Shown one piece after another: positions 1 to 11,627 of a DNA stretch of 64,000 nucleotides. The DNA lies in assembly GCA_023205875.1 (NCBI GenBank), contig CP060765.1, positions 1-64,000 of the forward strand, written 5' to 3'. A model generated the notes under the pieces. That model ran no database searches. It was not told the DNA's origin and worked only from the letters and a program-made list of their open reading frames with translations. The DNA is from Chloropicon primus. Lineage: Eukaryota. How positions within the stretch are numbered: the first letter of the stretch is position 1; each line of letters opens with the position of its first letter. The translations under genes were made by a program, and so were the position numbers.

Positions 1-590
1 AACCTAAAACCTAAAACCTAAAACCTAAAACCTAAAACCTAAAACCCAAAACCTAAAAACCTAAAACCTAAAAACCTAAAACCTAAAACCTAAAACCTAA
101 AACCTAAAACCTAAAACCTAAAACCTAAAACCTAAAACCTAAAACCTAAAACCTAAAACCTAAAACCTAAAAACCTAAAACCTAAAAACCTAAAACCTAA
201 AACCTAAAACCTAAAACCTAAAACCTAAAACCTAAAACCTAAAAACCTAAAACCTAAAAACCTAAAACCTAAAACCTAAAACCTAAAACCTAAAACCTAA
301 AACCTAAAAACCTAAAACCTAAAACCTAAAACCTAAAAACCTAAAACCTAAAACCTAAAACCTAAAACCTAAAACCTAAAACCTAAAACCTAAAACCTAA
401 AACCTAAAACCTAAAACCTAAAACCTAAAACCTAAAACCTAAAACCTAAAACCTAAAACCTAAAACCTAAAACCTAAAACCTAAAACCTAAAACCTAAAA
501 CCTAAAACCTAAAACCTAAAACCTAAACCTAAAACCTAAAACCTAAAACCTAAACCTAAACCTAAAACCTAAACCTACAAGCCTAAACCT
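1..590. repeat. Telomeric repeat array (CCTAAAA)n, i.e. TTTTAGG on the G-strand
   Basis: Uninterrupted CCTAAAA units from base 1, with occasional CCTAAAAA/CCTAAA variants, degenerating near 525-590. Confidence 0.98.
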
Positions 591-1092
591 AAGGAAGGAC
601 GACCTGGCCAAAGAAAGGAGCCGGGGAACAAAAGAAGCCTAAGAGAAAGACACCGTTGCATCATCCAAGCTTTCCGTGGTGCCTCCGAGCCACCGCGTTT
701 CCTAAAGGCTTGGGAGTCCTAAAACCTAACGCCTAAAAGGCCCTCTCGTGGGTCCGAAGTGCCTTGAGTAGGGTTTGCCCGAGGAAGGAAGGAAGGACGA
801 CCTGGCCAAGGAAAGGAGCCGGAGAACAAAAGAAGCCTAAGACAAACACACCGTCGCATCATCCAACCTTTCCGTTGTGCCTCCGAGTCACCGCGTTTCC
901 TAAAGGCTTGGGAGTCCTAAAACCTAACGCCTAAAAGGCCCTCTCGTGGGTCCGAAGTGCCTTGAGTAGGGTTTGCCCGAGGAAGGAAGGAAGGACGACC
1001 TGGCCAAGGAAAGGAGCCGGAGAACAAAAGAAGCCTAAGAGAAAGACACCGCCGCATCATACAAGCTTTCCGTGGTGCCTCCAGCCACCGCA
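591..1092. repeat. Subtelomeric 198-bp tandem repeat, about 2.5 copies
   Basis: aaggaaggacgacctggcca starts at 591, 789 and 987; complete units contain the degenerate telomere patch cctaaaacctaacgcctaaaa. Confidence 0.95.
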
Positions 1093-2040
1093 CTTTTTCT
1101 TTCTGGTATAAGTTTTAAGTGTGATCTGGGTTTTAGTCAGCCCTAAACCAGGTCGCATAAGACGACGGATTCCAGCAGAAGAGTGGATCAGGGTAAGGTT
1201 TACGATTGGACCTCGTTATTCTCAGGTGCCCTAGATTGCACTCCGCCCGGAACAGGTCTCTCCATCACGGACTCCATTCACACAACATCATCATCATCCA
1301 TGGAGGGCTGTGGTTTGGGTTTTAGTGGTCCGACAGATGGATCTCTACAGGCTCAAGGACGACGGGAAGATACACCATATTCAACGAATGTCCGAAACGA
1401 AAATACAAGCCGCTTCTGACAAAGTTTCACAGCCATCGGACACGAACTGGATCCGTCACTCCACTATTCGTACCAAAAAGTAGGCCCCCAAATGGACAAT
1501 AGTAGCAACAGAATCATATCATACACACCTACATTACACAATCAAGTCAGCATTTACCAAACCAAGAGGATCCAATCCACGAACAACTACCCACAATCAC
1601 ATCTACTTGCCTTCTCTCCTCTCCCACACGCCTGAATCGCCCAAGAACACCTCTCCTCCCTCGCCCCCCGGCAACGGTACGGGTGCGCCGGCCACTTCCC
1701 ACCACAGCTTGGCCTCTCCCGATCATCGGAAGGACGACAGAATGAAATAAGGCCCAATCCATGCGCGCACAACACCACCTTGTTTTCCTCTGCCGCCCAC
1801 AATGCCTCCTCCTGCCAGGACCTCACTGGTGTCCTTTCTTTCGCCCCAAGTGTCAAAAACATTTTCATGCACACGAGCAAAACGAAAAGCACAATCGCAT
1901 TACAAAAAGAAATCCCTAAAAACTAACCACAGAAAGGCATTACAATACACAAAAGAAACACATACACGTCCTTCGCCCTCCCTTCCCCATCATCCCCCCA
2001 AGCACCCAAAGAATTATGTCCTCCCACTGAAAATGCTGCT

Positions 2041-4353
2041 TTACCTCCGTCCGTCCTCAACACAGACATTTGACACACTGCTGCCGAACCCACCATCCTT
2101 TTGGGGTTTGTCCCGTACATCCAAGATGACTTTGGCAAACATGGTCCTTGCCAGCTTTTTCTGGACGTGGCTCTCTGATACCATTTGAGGGAGGAGGACT
2201 TTCATCCTCTTCCGGTGTCGGAACATCTGGATCCCAACGAAACCAACCAGGCCGAGCAAAGCGTATCCAACCAGGCTCACGACCACGCCATATGCTTTTT
2301 CAAGCTTCGTCTTCCTGCTGTAGCCAAATCGATAACGAGCAACCTCATTTCTGTACTTCTCAGAAGCAAGGAGCCATCGCTCGAACAATGGGTCGTTGTC
2401 GTAAACATTGAGCAGCAGACCTACCATGTTAAGCTCAAGGCCACTAGGCCGCTGTTCTGGCAGGTCTTCTGCCTGGCAAGGACATGCCGGGCAAGGACAA
2501 TTGATGTCCTCGCCCCCTTCGTCCTCTTTTTCTATTTTCCTTGTGTCCAAATGTTCTGACACAACGGGAACGAGCGAGCAAGCGGGCTTCTCGGGGAGCA
2601 TGTGAGCAGCGGCGCTACACCACATCAAATCCGGTCCCCAAGAGAGCGTCTGATCCAGGAATTCATCAGTCAAAACACCTTCAAAGAACCATGCTGCAAA
2701 GTCGCCTTCTAGCAAAGCAAAATACTGCTCGATGAACCCGGAGGCAAGCGGTTCAACGGATTCGAAGTCTGTGGCATTTGCCGCCGATTTCCAGTACCTG
2801 GCCTCGTGCAGTTGGTACCACTGTCGACCAGGAGCCTTCCGTCTCCTCCAATTCATGAGCGACTCGCCAACCGCCTCCCTCAGCGGTCCGGATATTACGG
2901 ACCCTCCTTTCTTTTCCATAAAGGCGTTCCAAGGAAACCCAGCGATTCTCATATCTGCGTCTTTCATCAGAACGTAATCGTACTCTCCCATTTGCCGCAC
3001 CAGGGGCTTCATGAATGCGTACTTGTTGAACCTGGCAGAGCTGCTCGTGTATCGGACCATGGGCTCCAGATCACCTCGCTCCACCAGCCCCCGAAGCTTC
3101 TCAGCAAAGGCCGTCTTCAGATTTGTTCTCACGACAAAGTTCACCTTCCACTTGCTGCATGGGTTCCACTGTGAGAGGGCTCGCATGTCGGACTCAAGTG
3201 TCGCAATGTCGTCGTTCAGCTGCTCTTCTGTCTTTATCAGACAGTTCGAAAGGACAAGGATGCACTCTTTTCTGGGTGTGATCCGCGCCATGTCCACGTT
3301 CGAGGCTTGAAGCAAAGCCGTGATTTTGTTATTCACGTCCGCTGATTCGACTGTCGAGTCAACGTCGTAGTCGTGTTGAATGCCCAGCGTTCTGGTAGCA
3401 GTGTAAGTCCTTCCAGCAAGAGCGTAGAGCAACTCATCTGCAATCACCATGTCGTCACCAAAGTACCAATCAGCAGAAGCATCGCTCTGCACCCCGCGCA
3501 AGATCCTCTCTATGCCCTCCCGGTTGACCATGTACGCCTGAGTTCCCCAGTGTCCAGGCATCCAGCTGATCCAAGGGTCTTGGTAATGGAAAGACGCGTT
3601 CACCACCACGGGATTGTTGGTGTACCACTGCAGTACTGTCCAGTCCGGAGGAGCCATAGCTGCGTACCACTCCCAAGTCTCCAGGAAGCTTGCCGGTACA
3701 GAAACGTCGTCTTCGAGGATCAGGGCAAGCTCAGAATTGTCGTCGTACGCTCTCTTGATTGCTGTCAGGTGAGACAAGGCGCAAGCAAACTGACCCTCGG
3801 TGTACTCGTTCCTGAGATTCAACTCCCGGGTCTCCTCCTCGGCGCCCGGCGGTGCGGCGGCAAGGCCTTCCTTCAGCTCGACGCGCCCGAGCCGAAGCAT
3901 GTCTCTGACTGCCTCCGCATCAATGCCTGGAACCCGAGTGGATCTGACAGTCGGAAAAGACGCCGCAGCGGACTTGAGCATGGTTTCCATGCTTGCTCTT
4001 CTCCCCACAGACTCGTCCAGGTTGATCCAGTAGATGTCCAGACCACCCCTCTGTGGACTCCGCGACGCGATACGTTGCCGACTGCCTTCGCCACCACGGG
4101 CTTCCTCGTCGACGGCGGGCTGCGCACTGAGCGCCACGCCTGGCCCCGTCCAAAGACTCCGGGACGGCCAGACCTCGTCGCCGTTGTTGCTGTTCCCCTT
4201 CCCCTTCCCCTTGCCCTTCCCCCGCTCCTCTAACGCGTTGCCGGGCCCGTGAACGCCCCACAGAACAAGCGGCAAGGACAAGAGCACGCAAAGAAAGCAC
4301 GCACCGAGCAAGACCTTACGCGTCCTCGTGCCGCGCATCGTGGCACGTCTCAT
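2041..4353 (-). CDS. Membrane-anchored glycosyltransferase family 25-like protein with an additional C-terminal domain
   Basis: 770-aa ORF; N-terminal TM; GT25 motifs IYWINLD..RR, ACALSH, LILEDD and GTQAY; C-terminal TM. Confidence 0.8.
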   Translation of the reverse strand: MRRATMRGTRTRKVLLGACFLCVLLSLPLVLWGVHGPGNALEERGKGKGKGKGNSNNGDEVWPSRSLWTGPGVALSAQPAVDEEARGGEGSRQRIASRSPQRGGLDIYWINLDESVGRRASMETMLKSAAASFPTVRSTRVPGIDAEAVRDMLRLGRVELKEGLAAAPPGAEEETRELNLRNEYTEGQFACALSHLTAIKRAYDDNSELALILEDDVSVPASFLETWEWYAAMAPPDWTVLQWYTNNPVVVNASFHYQDPWISWMPGHWGTQAYMVNREGIERILRGVQSDASADWYFGDDMVIADELLYALAGRTYTATRTLGIQHDYDVDSTVESADVNNKITALLQASNVDMARITPRKECILVLSNCLIKTEEQLNDDIATLESDMRALSQWNPCSKWKVNFVVRTNLKTAFAEKLRGLVERGDLEPMVRYTSSSARFNKYAFMKPLVRQMGEYDYVLMKDADMRIAGFPWNAFMEKKGGSVISGPLREAVGESLMNWRRRKAPGRQWYQLHEARYWKSAANATDFESVEPLASGFIEQYFALLEGDFAAWFFEGVLTDEFLDQTLSWGPDLMWCSAAAHMLPEKPACSLVPVVSEHLDTRKIEKEDEGGEDINCPCPACPCQAEDLPEQRPSGLELNMVGLLLNVYDNDPLFERWLLASEKYRNEVARYRFGYSRKTKLEKAYGVVVSLVGYALLGLVGFVGIQMFRHRKRMKVLLPQMVSESHVQKKLARTMFAKVILDVRDKPQKDGGFGSSVSNVCVEDGRR

Positions 4354-4613
4354 CGAGACCTACGTACGTCTTCCCCCTTCGTCGGCAGGCTGCCGACGAG
4401 TAACGCTCGCCCTCGCTCCTTCAAAGGCGGGGGTTTCGGCCGTTCCATTCCAATCCCACTCTGGTGGGGCGATACGGTAGGATCACGAGAAGGGGGGGGG
4501 GGTGGGGCGGGCGCGTCAGGAAGTGCGAGGCTAAGCTCAGTTGAAAACATATGGAGAGTATACATATCGAGCAACGTAAGGCCCTAACTTAGTGGCACTA
4601 AGCGGCAGCTAAG

Positions 4614-5678
4614 TTAATTGCAGCACTGGAGCCCAATCTCGTCAACGAGATGTCTGCAAGTTGGCTCTGCGTCAATGGCAGCCTCGACGGCGCTGCTGCA
4701 GGCGCCGCACTCTCTTCTCGAGCGTTTAGTACCGAATGCTTTCCTATTCTCTCGTTCCGCAACCTCGTCGTTTGTCACAAAGTTCTCGTTCACTAACTTT
4801 TCCAAAGCATTCCTGTCCGACTTGACCCCCATGAAATTGTGAACCTTAAGGATGACATTGAGAGTGTCGGTCACAAGGTCCTGGTATCGCACCACGAGGT
4901 ATCGTCCCTCGTATTGATTAGCATCTCCATCGCCCATAATCGCATCGTGGTTCGTCTTAGTCTCCGCACAAAGCTCGTGCAATCCCGGGTACGAACTCCA
5001 TTGGAGAAGGTGCTTAATTTTGTTGATGCTTTCATACACCTCGTGCGGGTGGCGGATGAGGTGGATAATGCGCAGGTTCTCGTACCGATCCAGAGCATAT
5101 TTCATCGCCGTCTCCATTCTAATGACCTTGGTGCCAACAATGGGAGCATGCCGGCAAGCACTATCAAACGCCCCAAGGATCTCCGCGGGCCTTGCCGACT
5201 TGAGGATCTCCTCGGGCCTTGCCGACTTGAGGTCGTTGGGAAGGTGAAGCCAGCTCGGCAGACCCTCTACGAACATTCTGATGAGGAACCAGTCCGAGGC
5301 CACCTTGGGGGGGATGTCTGACTTCGCCATGGTCTCGTACGCCTCGCAATCGAACAACATAGCCATGATATTATCCGTTTTCTCGACGGGAGTTCCCGTC
5401 GCGTTCTTGAAGGGCCAGAGTGGCTCATCAAAGTACACGAACCCTTCGACCGAGCGAAAGAACAACGACTCCGCCACCGTCGATCCAGAACGCCCGTGCG
5501 ACGCCAGAACCACAACCTCCCTATTCGCGTAGCCTTTCACCGCGCTTTCGGAGGGACCAGCCTGCAACGCACGTGGCCGGCCCTCCTTGCCGCTAAAGGA
5601 AGCGAACCCCCAATAGCTGTGCAGCAAAAACAGGCACATGCATGAAATCAAAACCCAAAGCAACCTTTCCGAAACCAC
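4614..5678 (-). CDS. Golgi-type carbohydrate sulfotransferase (true start uncertain; an upstream exon is possible)
   Basis: N-terminal TM; PAPS-binding loop GRSGST; YFDEPL; IHLIRHP..V..S; VRYQDLV. A ttttag acceptor-like site lies just upstream of the ORF start. Confidence 0.8.
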   Translation of the reverse strand: MVSERLLWVLISCMCLFLLHSYWGFASFSGKEGRPRALQAGPSESAVKGYANREVVVLASHGRSGSTVAESLFFRSVEGFVYFDEPLWPFKNATGTPVEKTDNIMAMLFDCEAYETMAKSDIPPKVASDWFLIRMFVEGLPSWLHLPNDLKSARPEEILKSARPAEILGAFDSACRHAPIVGTKVIRMETAMKYALDRYENLRIIHLIRHPHEVYESINKIKHLLQWSSYPGLHELCAETKTNHDAIMGDGDANQYEGRYLVVRYQDLVTDTLNVILKVHNFMGVKSDRNALEKLVNENFVTNDEVAERENRKAFGTKRSRRECGACSSAVEAAIDAEPTCRHLVDEIGLQCCN

Positions 5679-5904
5679 CCTAAAATCCTTCCTAACCCCT
5701 CACATCCCTGCTTGTGCGATGCCGTCAACGTCACGTCACTATCGAATCAAGCCAAAGCGCTCCCGTCGCCTTCAGCCGTTTGGTTTTACCTTCGCTCGCC
5801 CCAGGTAGGAGATGACATCGTTTGGTTTGGGTGTCCAAAGAGGGACGGAGGTGTTAAGACCTGCTTCTATTCTGTAGTACACGTCGTATTTCAAAACAAA
5901 ACAA

Positions 5905-7056
5905 TCAAGCTTCCTGCCGGGGCGCGGTTCTCGGCGGTGTGTCAAGGATGCGGAAATAGTTGTACAGTGCGACCCCGCTGATGACCATGAGGATGCCGCC
6001 CACGCTCGAGGCAACCACCGCGTTGCCAAAGTACAGGATGCTGATGAAGATCATGAGCGTGCGCTTCAATGTGTTTGCGACGCTCTGCGTGACGGGGGAC
6101 ACGAGGGCCATCGTGCAGTACGCCGACACGGACTGCATGTGGAAGAACACCGCGCAAATGAGCACGTAAGCCGACACCTCCCAGCCAGCAGGTTTTGCTT
6201 CCGCTGTCGCTTCCAAGCTCGCGGATCTCTTGAGTTGCCACAGCATCACTGGCAGCTGGAAGAACGACCCCGCAACGGAGGTGAAGAACTGAAGTTGCAC
6301 CGGAGTCACGAGCGATTCCATCATCTTCTTCGAGAAGATGTTCTGGATGCAATCCAAAAAGGTGTTCAAGAGCGCCGCAAGGAAGCCCACCACGTGGAAG
6401 CTTATCTCGCTCGAGGCGCACAAGATGAGCCCGCCCATCACGGGAAAGAGAGACAGGAACACGGGAAGGGAGGTCCGCTCGCCCAGAATCAGCCAAGCGA
6501 ACAGCACGGTCGCCAAAGGGGCCGAGGCTTTGATCGTCTCCGTGAAGCTCGCAGCCACGTAGGAGAGACTGACCAGCCCGAGGACGACCGTGCTGACTCG
6601 GAGAGCCCCAAGAAGAACCATGTAATTCCAAAATTGAGGCTTCCGCATCAACTTCCCCACGGAGGAGTCGAGCTGCTGGTCAGACTGGTCCCCCTCCGGC
6701 CAATCGCTGCGCTCCTCTTCCGTCCTTCCCCTGGGACTCTCCTCGTCCCCAATGGGGTAACTGGACCTCTTCCGCTTGATTCTCGCGTTCTTCCACAGCT
6801 TGATCCTCCTCGCTTCGGGGCCAAGGACCTTGATGGCCCCAAACAAGGCCGTCACCGACATCTGCACCAGCCCTATTCCGACGGGGGTGCACCCCTTCTC
6901 GGAAAGCAGCGTCTTCACCATGAGGAGGTTTACCAGGGAGCACACGTACCAGGTGGACAGCCAGAACGAGACCTGGGCGACATACTTCCACTCCTCTCTG
7001 CTCCTCGCACGAGGCAACCTGTCGAGGCAAAGGAGCCCCATGCAATTAAGCCCCAT
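5905..7056 (-). CDS. Triose-phosphate/nucleotide-sugar transporter family protein (SLC35E-like)
   Basis: Multiple TM helices; VAASFTETIKASAP and SPVTQSVANTLKR; first ATG at 7056 (upstream in-frame sequence is low complexity). Confidence 0.85.
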   Translation of the reverse strand: MGLNCMGLLCLDRLPRARSREEWKYVAQVSFWLSTWYVCSLVNLLMVKTLLSEKGCTPVGIGLVQMSVTALFGAIKVLGPEARRIKLWKNARIKRKRSSYPIGDEESPRGRTEEERSDWPEGDQSDQQLDSSVGKLMRKPQFWNYMVLLGALRVSTVVLGLVSLSYVAASFTETIKASAPLATVLFAWLILGERTSLPVFLSLFPVMGGLILCASSEISFHVVGFLAALLNTFLDCIQNIFSKKMMESLVTPVQLQFFTSVAGSFFQLPVMLWQLKRSASLEATAEAKPAGWEVSAYVLICAVFFHMQSVSAYCTMALVSPVTQSVANTLKRTLMIFISILYFGNAVVASSVGGILMVISGVALYNYFRILDTPPRTAPRQEA

Positions 7057-7403
7057 CCTCCCCTTGTCTCGTCTCGTTCGTTCCCGCGCGATGCCACGAC
7101 CCACGTCTCTCCAAGTTCTCCCCCGGGCGTTCCTTTCGCTCCCTCTCCCTCTCCCTCTCCCTCTCCCTCTCCCCTCCTCTCCCTCGCTGCCGCCGGGCGT
7201 TACCAGCGGGGCGCCCGTGGAGCGACGAGAATTGAGAATGAGAGTGAGATCCAATGCCCCCTCTGGCTGGCTGCTGGCCGACGAAGAGGAAGAGGAAGAG
7301 GAAGGCGGAGGGCGAGGGGGGTAGGAGGACGAGGACGAGGACGAGGACGAGGACAAGAACGTAACGCTGGACGGTGGGCGCTGGGCTAACTCGAGGAGAG
7401 GAG

Positions 7404-8822
7404 ATGGGGAGCGGTGGCTGGGTCCGGGGGAGGAGGAGGCGGATCGCAGCCGCGTCGGTTTTGGCTCTCGTGCTCTTGGCGGCGCTCCTGGTGGTCTTTC
7501 ACGCCGAGGACTCCATGGCGAAGAGGGGAGGGGCGAGGCTTGAGTGGGTCTCGACGACGTTGGAAGACCAACCTGCAGTGCGCTTCTTCCTCTACGAGGA
7601 CGTGCTCGAGGACTTTACCGCGCACTGCGAGATCAAGGACCGTTACGCCGCCAAGGGAGCCGAGGCGCTCTGGATCGAGCAGCTCGTCGACCACCCCTGG
7701 CGGACGCGCGACCCGGAGACGGCCGACCTCTTCGTGATCCCGGCGAACTTCTACGCGGCTCACACGGGTTGGTGCCGGAAGACGCCCGAGGAGTTCCTGC
7801 GGACGACGTCCCGGACGCTGGAGGGCAGCGATTGGTTCCACAGGTCGGCAGGGAGGGACCACGTCATCCTCAGCACATACTTCGAGTCGTGGCGCCAGAT
7901 CGAGAGGCTTCCCAAGTTCAGGAACATGATCTGGCTCTCCAGGATGTCGGGCGGGTGGACGTGGCATCACCCCAAGGCGCGGTGCGCGGTCGCGGTGATG
8001 CATAACGGCCCTCCGCCGCGACCGAGGCGCGACCGGAATGCCACGCACCGGCACACCCTCTTCTTCGTTGGCCAGGCGGACGCAAGGCGGGCATACCGGC
8101 TCCGCGTGGCGACGATCAAGTCCTTGGGCGACGTTGACGGGGGCCGGGGCGACAACTTTGTCGTCGGGACCAACCCTGGCGGCAAGGTCGACCCTGAGAA
8201 GAAGTTTGGAATCCCGTACTGTGAGTCGAGTCAGTCGACCGGTTGCTACTTGGCGGTGCGTCTCACCCACAAGAGATTCATGAAGGAGCTCACAGGCAGC
8301 CGGTGGAACTTGTTCGTCGGCGGAGACGATCCTGGGAGTGCCCGGTTCGCGGAGGTGAGTCTCTCTCTTGTTCACATCGTTTTCATGTCATCAAGCACTG
8401 ACTGACTCCTTTCACTTGGTGTCAAGGCGGCCTCCGTGGGGGTTCCGAGCATCATTATCAGCCCCGGAGTCGAGTCTTACCTCAGTTTCAAGGACCGCAT
8501 CCCGTGGAGAAACTTCACCGTGATCGTTGACCCTTCCTCTTTCCTGGCTCATCCCAAGGAAACCATTGGGGAAGTGCTGAGGAGATACGACGACGACGAG
8601 ACGAGGGATCGGATGGTGGCACTACAGGACCAGTACTCGCGGGAGTTCCTGTGGGGCCACCCGGAGAGCAGGGTCGCCACCAACGCCCTCGCCGAGGCAG
8701 CACGCGAGTGCCTGTTCAGCGACAATCAAAAGCGATTCCATTCGTATCCCTTCGCTCTCCAAATCTACCTTTTTGTCTTCATCATGATCATAATCCTCGC
8801 CGCGATACCTTTTGGATTGTAG
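7404..8822 (+). CDS. Exostosin-family (GT47) glycosyltransferase, 2 exons (7404-8354, 8427-8822)
   Basis: RTRDPETADLFVIP and WFHRSAGRDHV; GTGAGT...AAG intron 8355-8426 joins GDDPGSARFAE to AASVGVPSII...LSFKDRIPW in frame. Confidence 0.85.
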
Positions 8823-9383
8823 TCTACCCTAAACAACACAGGCACAGGCAGGCCTTCTCCCCCTTGCCTTGCCTTCCTTCCCTGCAAGACAATAAAGAAA
8901 GAGGAGGAGTAGGAGGAGTAGGCGGGTGATGCTTGGTGGTAAGTAAACGGCGGATGACCCGGTGTCCCCCCTTGCCTTGCCTGTCCTTCCCTGCAAGACA
9001 ATACAAGACAAAAGAGAGAGAGACAGAAAGAGAGAGAGAAAGGAAGAAAGAAAGAAAGAAAGAAAGAGGAGTAGGAGTAGGAGTAGGAGTAGGAGTGGGC
9101 GGGTGATGCTCAGTTGTAAGTAAAGGTCCCCTTTCCTTTCCCTTTCCTTTCCTTGTCGTCCTCGTTGTCCGTCACGGGGATCCAGTGGATGACGAGATCT
9201 CCTCCGTGGAAGATCTCTGTAGATTTCCCTTGTTATTCCCCTTCCACCAATCGGAGGAGATGATTTCTCATTTTCCGGAGGAGGAGATAAGGCGAGCGCA
9301 AGGAGAGGAGAGAAGAGGGCGACCAACCACCACCATCACCGACACGAAACCAACACGTTAACCTCCTTGACTTGACTTGACTT

Positions 9384-10261
9384 ATGAACGCGATGAACGT
9401 GGTGGCGAGGAAGAACCTCGCGGTGTGCGCAAGACACAACAACGCCAAGAACGCAAGAGTCGTACGCGTTTCCGCTCAGGCCGAGAGCAGTTCCAGGAGA
9501 CAGGTAAGACTTACGATCCAGAACCTAAACCATCTTCTCTCTTCTCTCTTCTCTTTCGTGAAAAAAAAACATGAAACGGGAAGACAACGACTGACTTGCT
9601 CTTGCTCTTGCTCTTGCTCTTGGTGCTGCTCTTGCAGATGATGGGTCAGCTCGCTGGCGTGGCCGCGCTCCTCGCCGGAGCCGGAAGCGCCAAGGCGGAG
9701 TCGATCAACTTGTTCGATGACAAAACCAAGGGCTTGGACTACAAGAACAACATCGCGGATCAGGCGAGAGACGTGGGCTTGGACAACAACATCCGTACCG
9801 GACGCTCCCAGTCCAGGGCCGACAAGGCTCTCGTGGTCTCCAGAGTGACCGAGGGAAAGAACAGACTCGAGAAGGACGTCAAGGACTATGTCTCCAAGGC
9901 CTACTGGTAAGGAGAACAAGTGGCAGAAGATGAGACACACAAGACTAAGGCGCGGGGAGAGGACGCCATGCCTGCCTTCTTGCTGACACACGGGGTTCCT
10001 CTGATTGTTCTTCCTCCTCTTCTCTCTAGGTACGATGCCAAGCAGGAGCTTAGAAGGCAGTTGGGATACATGTCTGGTGACATGGACACTCTTATCGCCT
10101 CGACCAGCGACAAGAAGACGGGCCTTTCCATGAAGAAGGACTTCTTCACCGCCGTGGACAACTTGGACTTCGCGATTAGAAAGAAGGACAAGGACTCTGG
10201 CTTGAAGTACCAGGCCGATGCCGTCGCCAAGTTGAACGACTTCATCTCTTTCGCTACCTAG
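9384..10261 (+). CDS. psbQ: Photosystem II oxygen-evolving enhancer protein 3 (PsbQ), 3 exons (9384-9503, 9638-9906, 10030-10261)
   Basis: Transit peptide, twin-Arg and AKA cleavage site; spliced YW-YDAKQELRRQLGYM..D; VDNLDFAIRKKD; GT-AG introns keep the frame. Confidence 0.9.
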
Positions 10262-11129
10262 AGAGGAGCGAGGGAAAGGAGACGAGGAGGCGGGGGCGGG
10301 CTCTGGGGAACTGGGCGCTCGAGGACTATTGTCCCGCGCCGCCGGGGGTCTCGGAACCCTTGCGCTGCTTTTTTAACAGCAACAGCAACAGCAACAACCC
10401 AAAAAGAACAGTGCCTTGTAACGCGCACGAAATTTTAGAACGAGACAAAGGAAGTGTTTAGCCGGTTGCCGCGCGGCGGAGCCTCGTGTCACCCAGCTTC
10501 CCCCTTCCTTCCCCTCCCGAGCGACGAAACACTCGAGCACTCCGCTCTAAACGAAAAGTGGAGAGAGAAACGAACGAGGGGAAGAGGGAAGAGGAGCGTG
10601 TCTTGTCTCGTGTCGTCCCGTGTCGTGTCTCCCCGCTCGTTGCTTCTTTCTCGGTGGTTGGTTGGTTGGTTTTGGATTTGTATTACAGGGTTCAAACCAC
10701 AAAGTTTTAGGCGAACCAGACGGAGAACCCAAAGTGAGTGGCGGTGAAACCACAACAACAACGTTCTCCTCCGCCCGCCCATCCCGCGTGCTTCGTTTCA
10801 TAATTATTCGCGTCCCCCGAACACTTGCTATATAGAGAGAGTCCGTCCTCCCGTCCACCCGTCCTCCCGTCCACCCGTCCCCCAAAACATGCTCACCGTG
10901 CTCTGCGTGCGCCCGCGGTGTCTCATACCAGCAAACACCAGCAAACCACGCAGAGCACGATATACCGCATACTCGTCGTCCACCTCCTCTCCTCCACTCC
11001 ACTCCATTTGAAGTGAAGTGAAGGAAGAAAGCACAGCTCCGGGTTTGTTTCTTTCCAGGTTCGTCGTCCGTTCGTCCGTTCTTGGAATGGAAGGAAGGCT
11101 CTTGCTCGGGGCCGAAGCGAAGAGGGTGT

Positions 11130-11627
11130 TTACCTCTCCTTCTTGGCGACCTCCTTCTCGATATCGTAAGGAATGGCGGTGACCGTCTCGAGAGCCCCAG
11201 TGACCTCGAAGGCGTCCCTAGGTCCAACAGGCTGCCTCTTCATGAAAGGAACAGGCTCTCCCTTCTTCTTCGCCTCGGCTCTCTTCTTGTCGTTGTCCGC
11301 TCTCCTGAGGAGGAAAGCCTCCCTGCACCTCGAGGGCTGGACGTGCTCCACCCTGACGTGGAACCTCTTCTTGAGCTGGATCCCTCTGACGATCTTGTTA
11401 ACCTCGACACCGACAGCCCTCTTCGTGACGTTCCAGACCTTTCCGGTCTTTCCCTGGTAGTACTTGTAAGGGAAACCCTTGTGGATGCTCGAGTTCACTT
11501 TGATATCGACATAGTCCCCTATCTTCAAGGTACGCAAGTAAATGCTTGGTGGGATGACACCCTTTTGCCTGAACCCTCTGGAGAACAAGTCCCTCGTCTT
11601 CGCCCTAAGTCCCTGTCCCGCTCCCAT
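11130..11627 (-). CDS. RPL21: 60S ribosomal protein L21
   Basis: [49 protein letters not shown]. Confidence 0.97.
   Translation of the reverse strand: MGAGQGLRAKTRDLFSRGFRQKGVIPPSIYLRTLKIGDYVDIKVNSSIHKGFPYKYYQGKTGKVWNVTKRAVGVEVNKIVRGIQLKKRFHVRVEHVQPSRCREAFLLRRADNDKKRAEAKKKGEPVPFMKRQPVGPRDAFEVTGALETVTAIPYDIEKEVAKKER

Noticed and set aside
1183..2040. Short subtelomeric ORFs
   Set aside because: Non-ATG or short frames with no recognisable motifs.
2366..2390. aaggagccatcgctcgaa, similar to the recurrent intergenic element
   Set aside because: A short match inside a coding region; probably chance.
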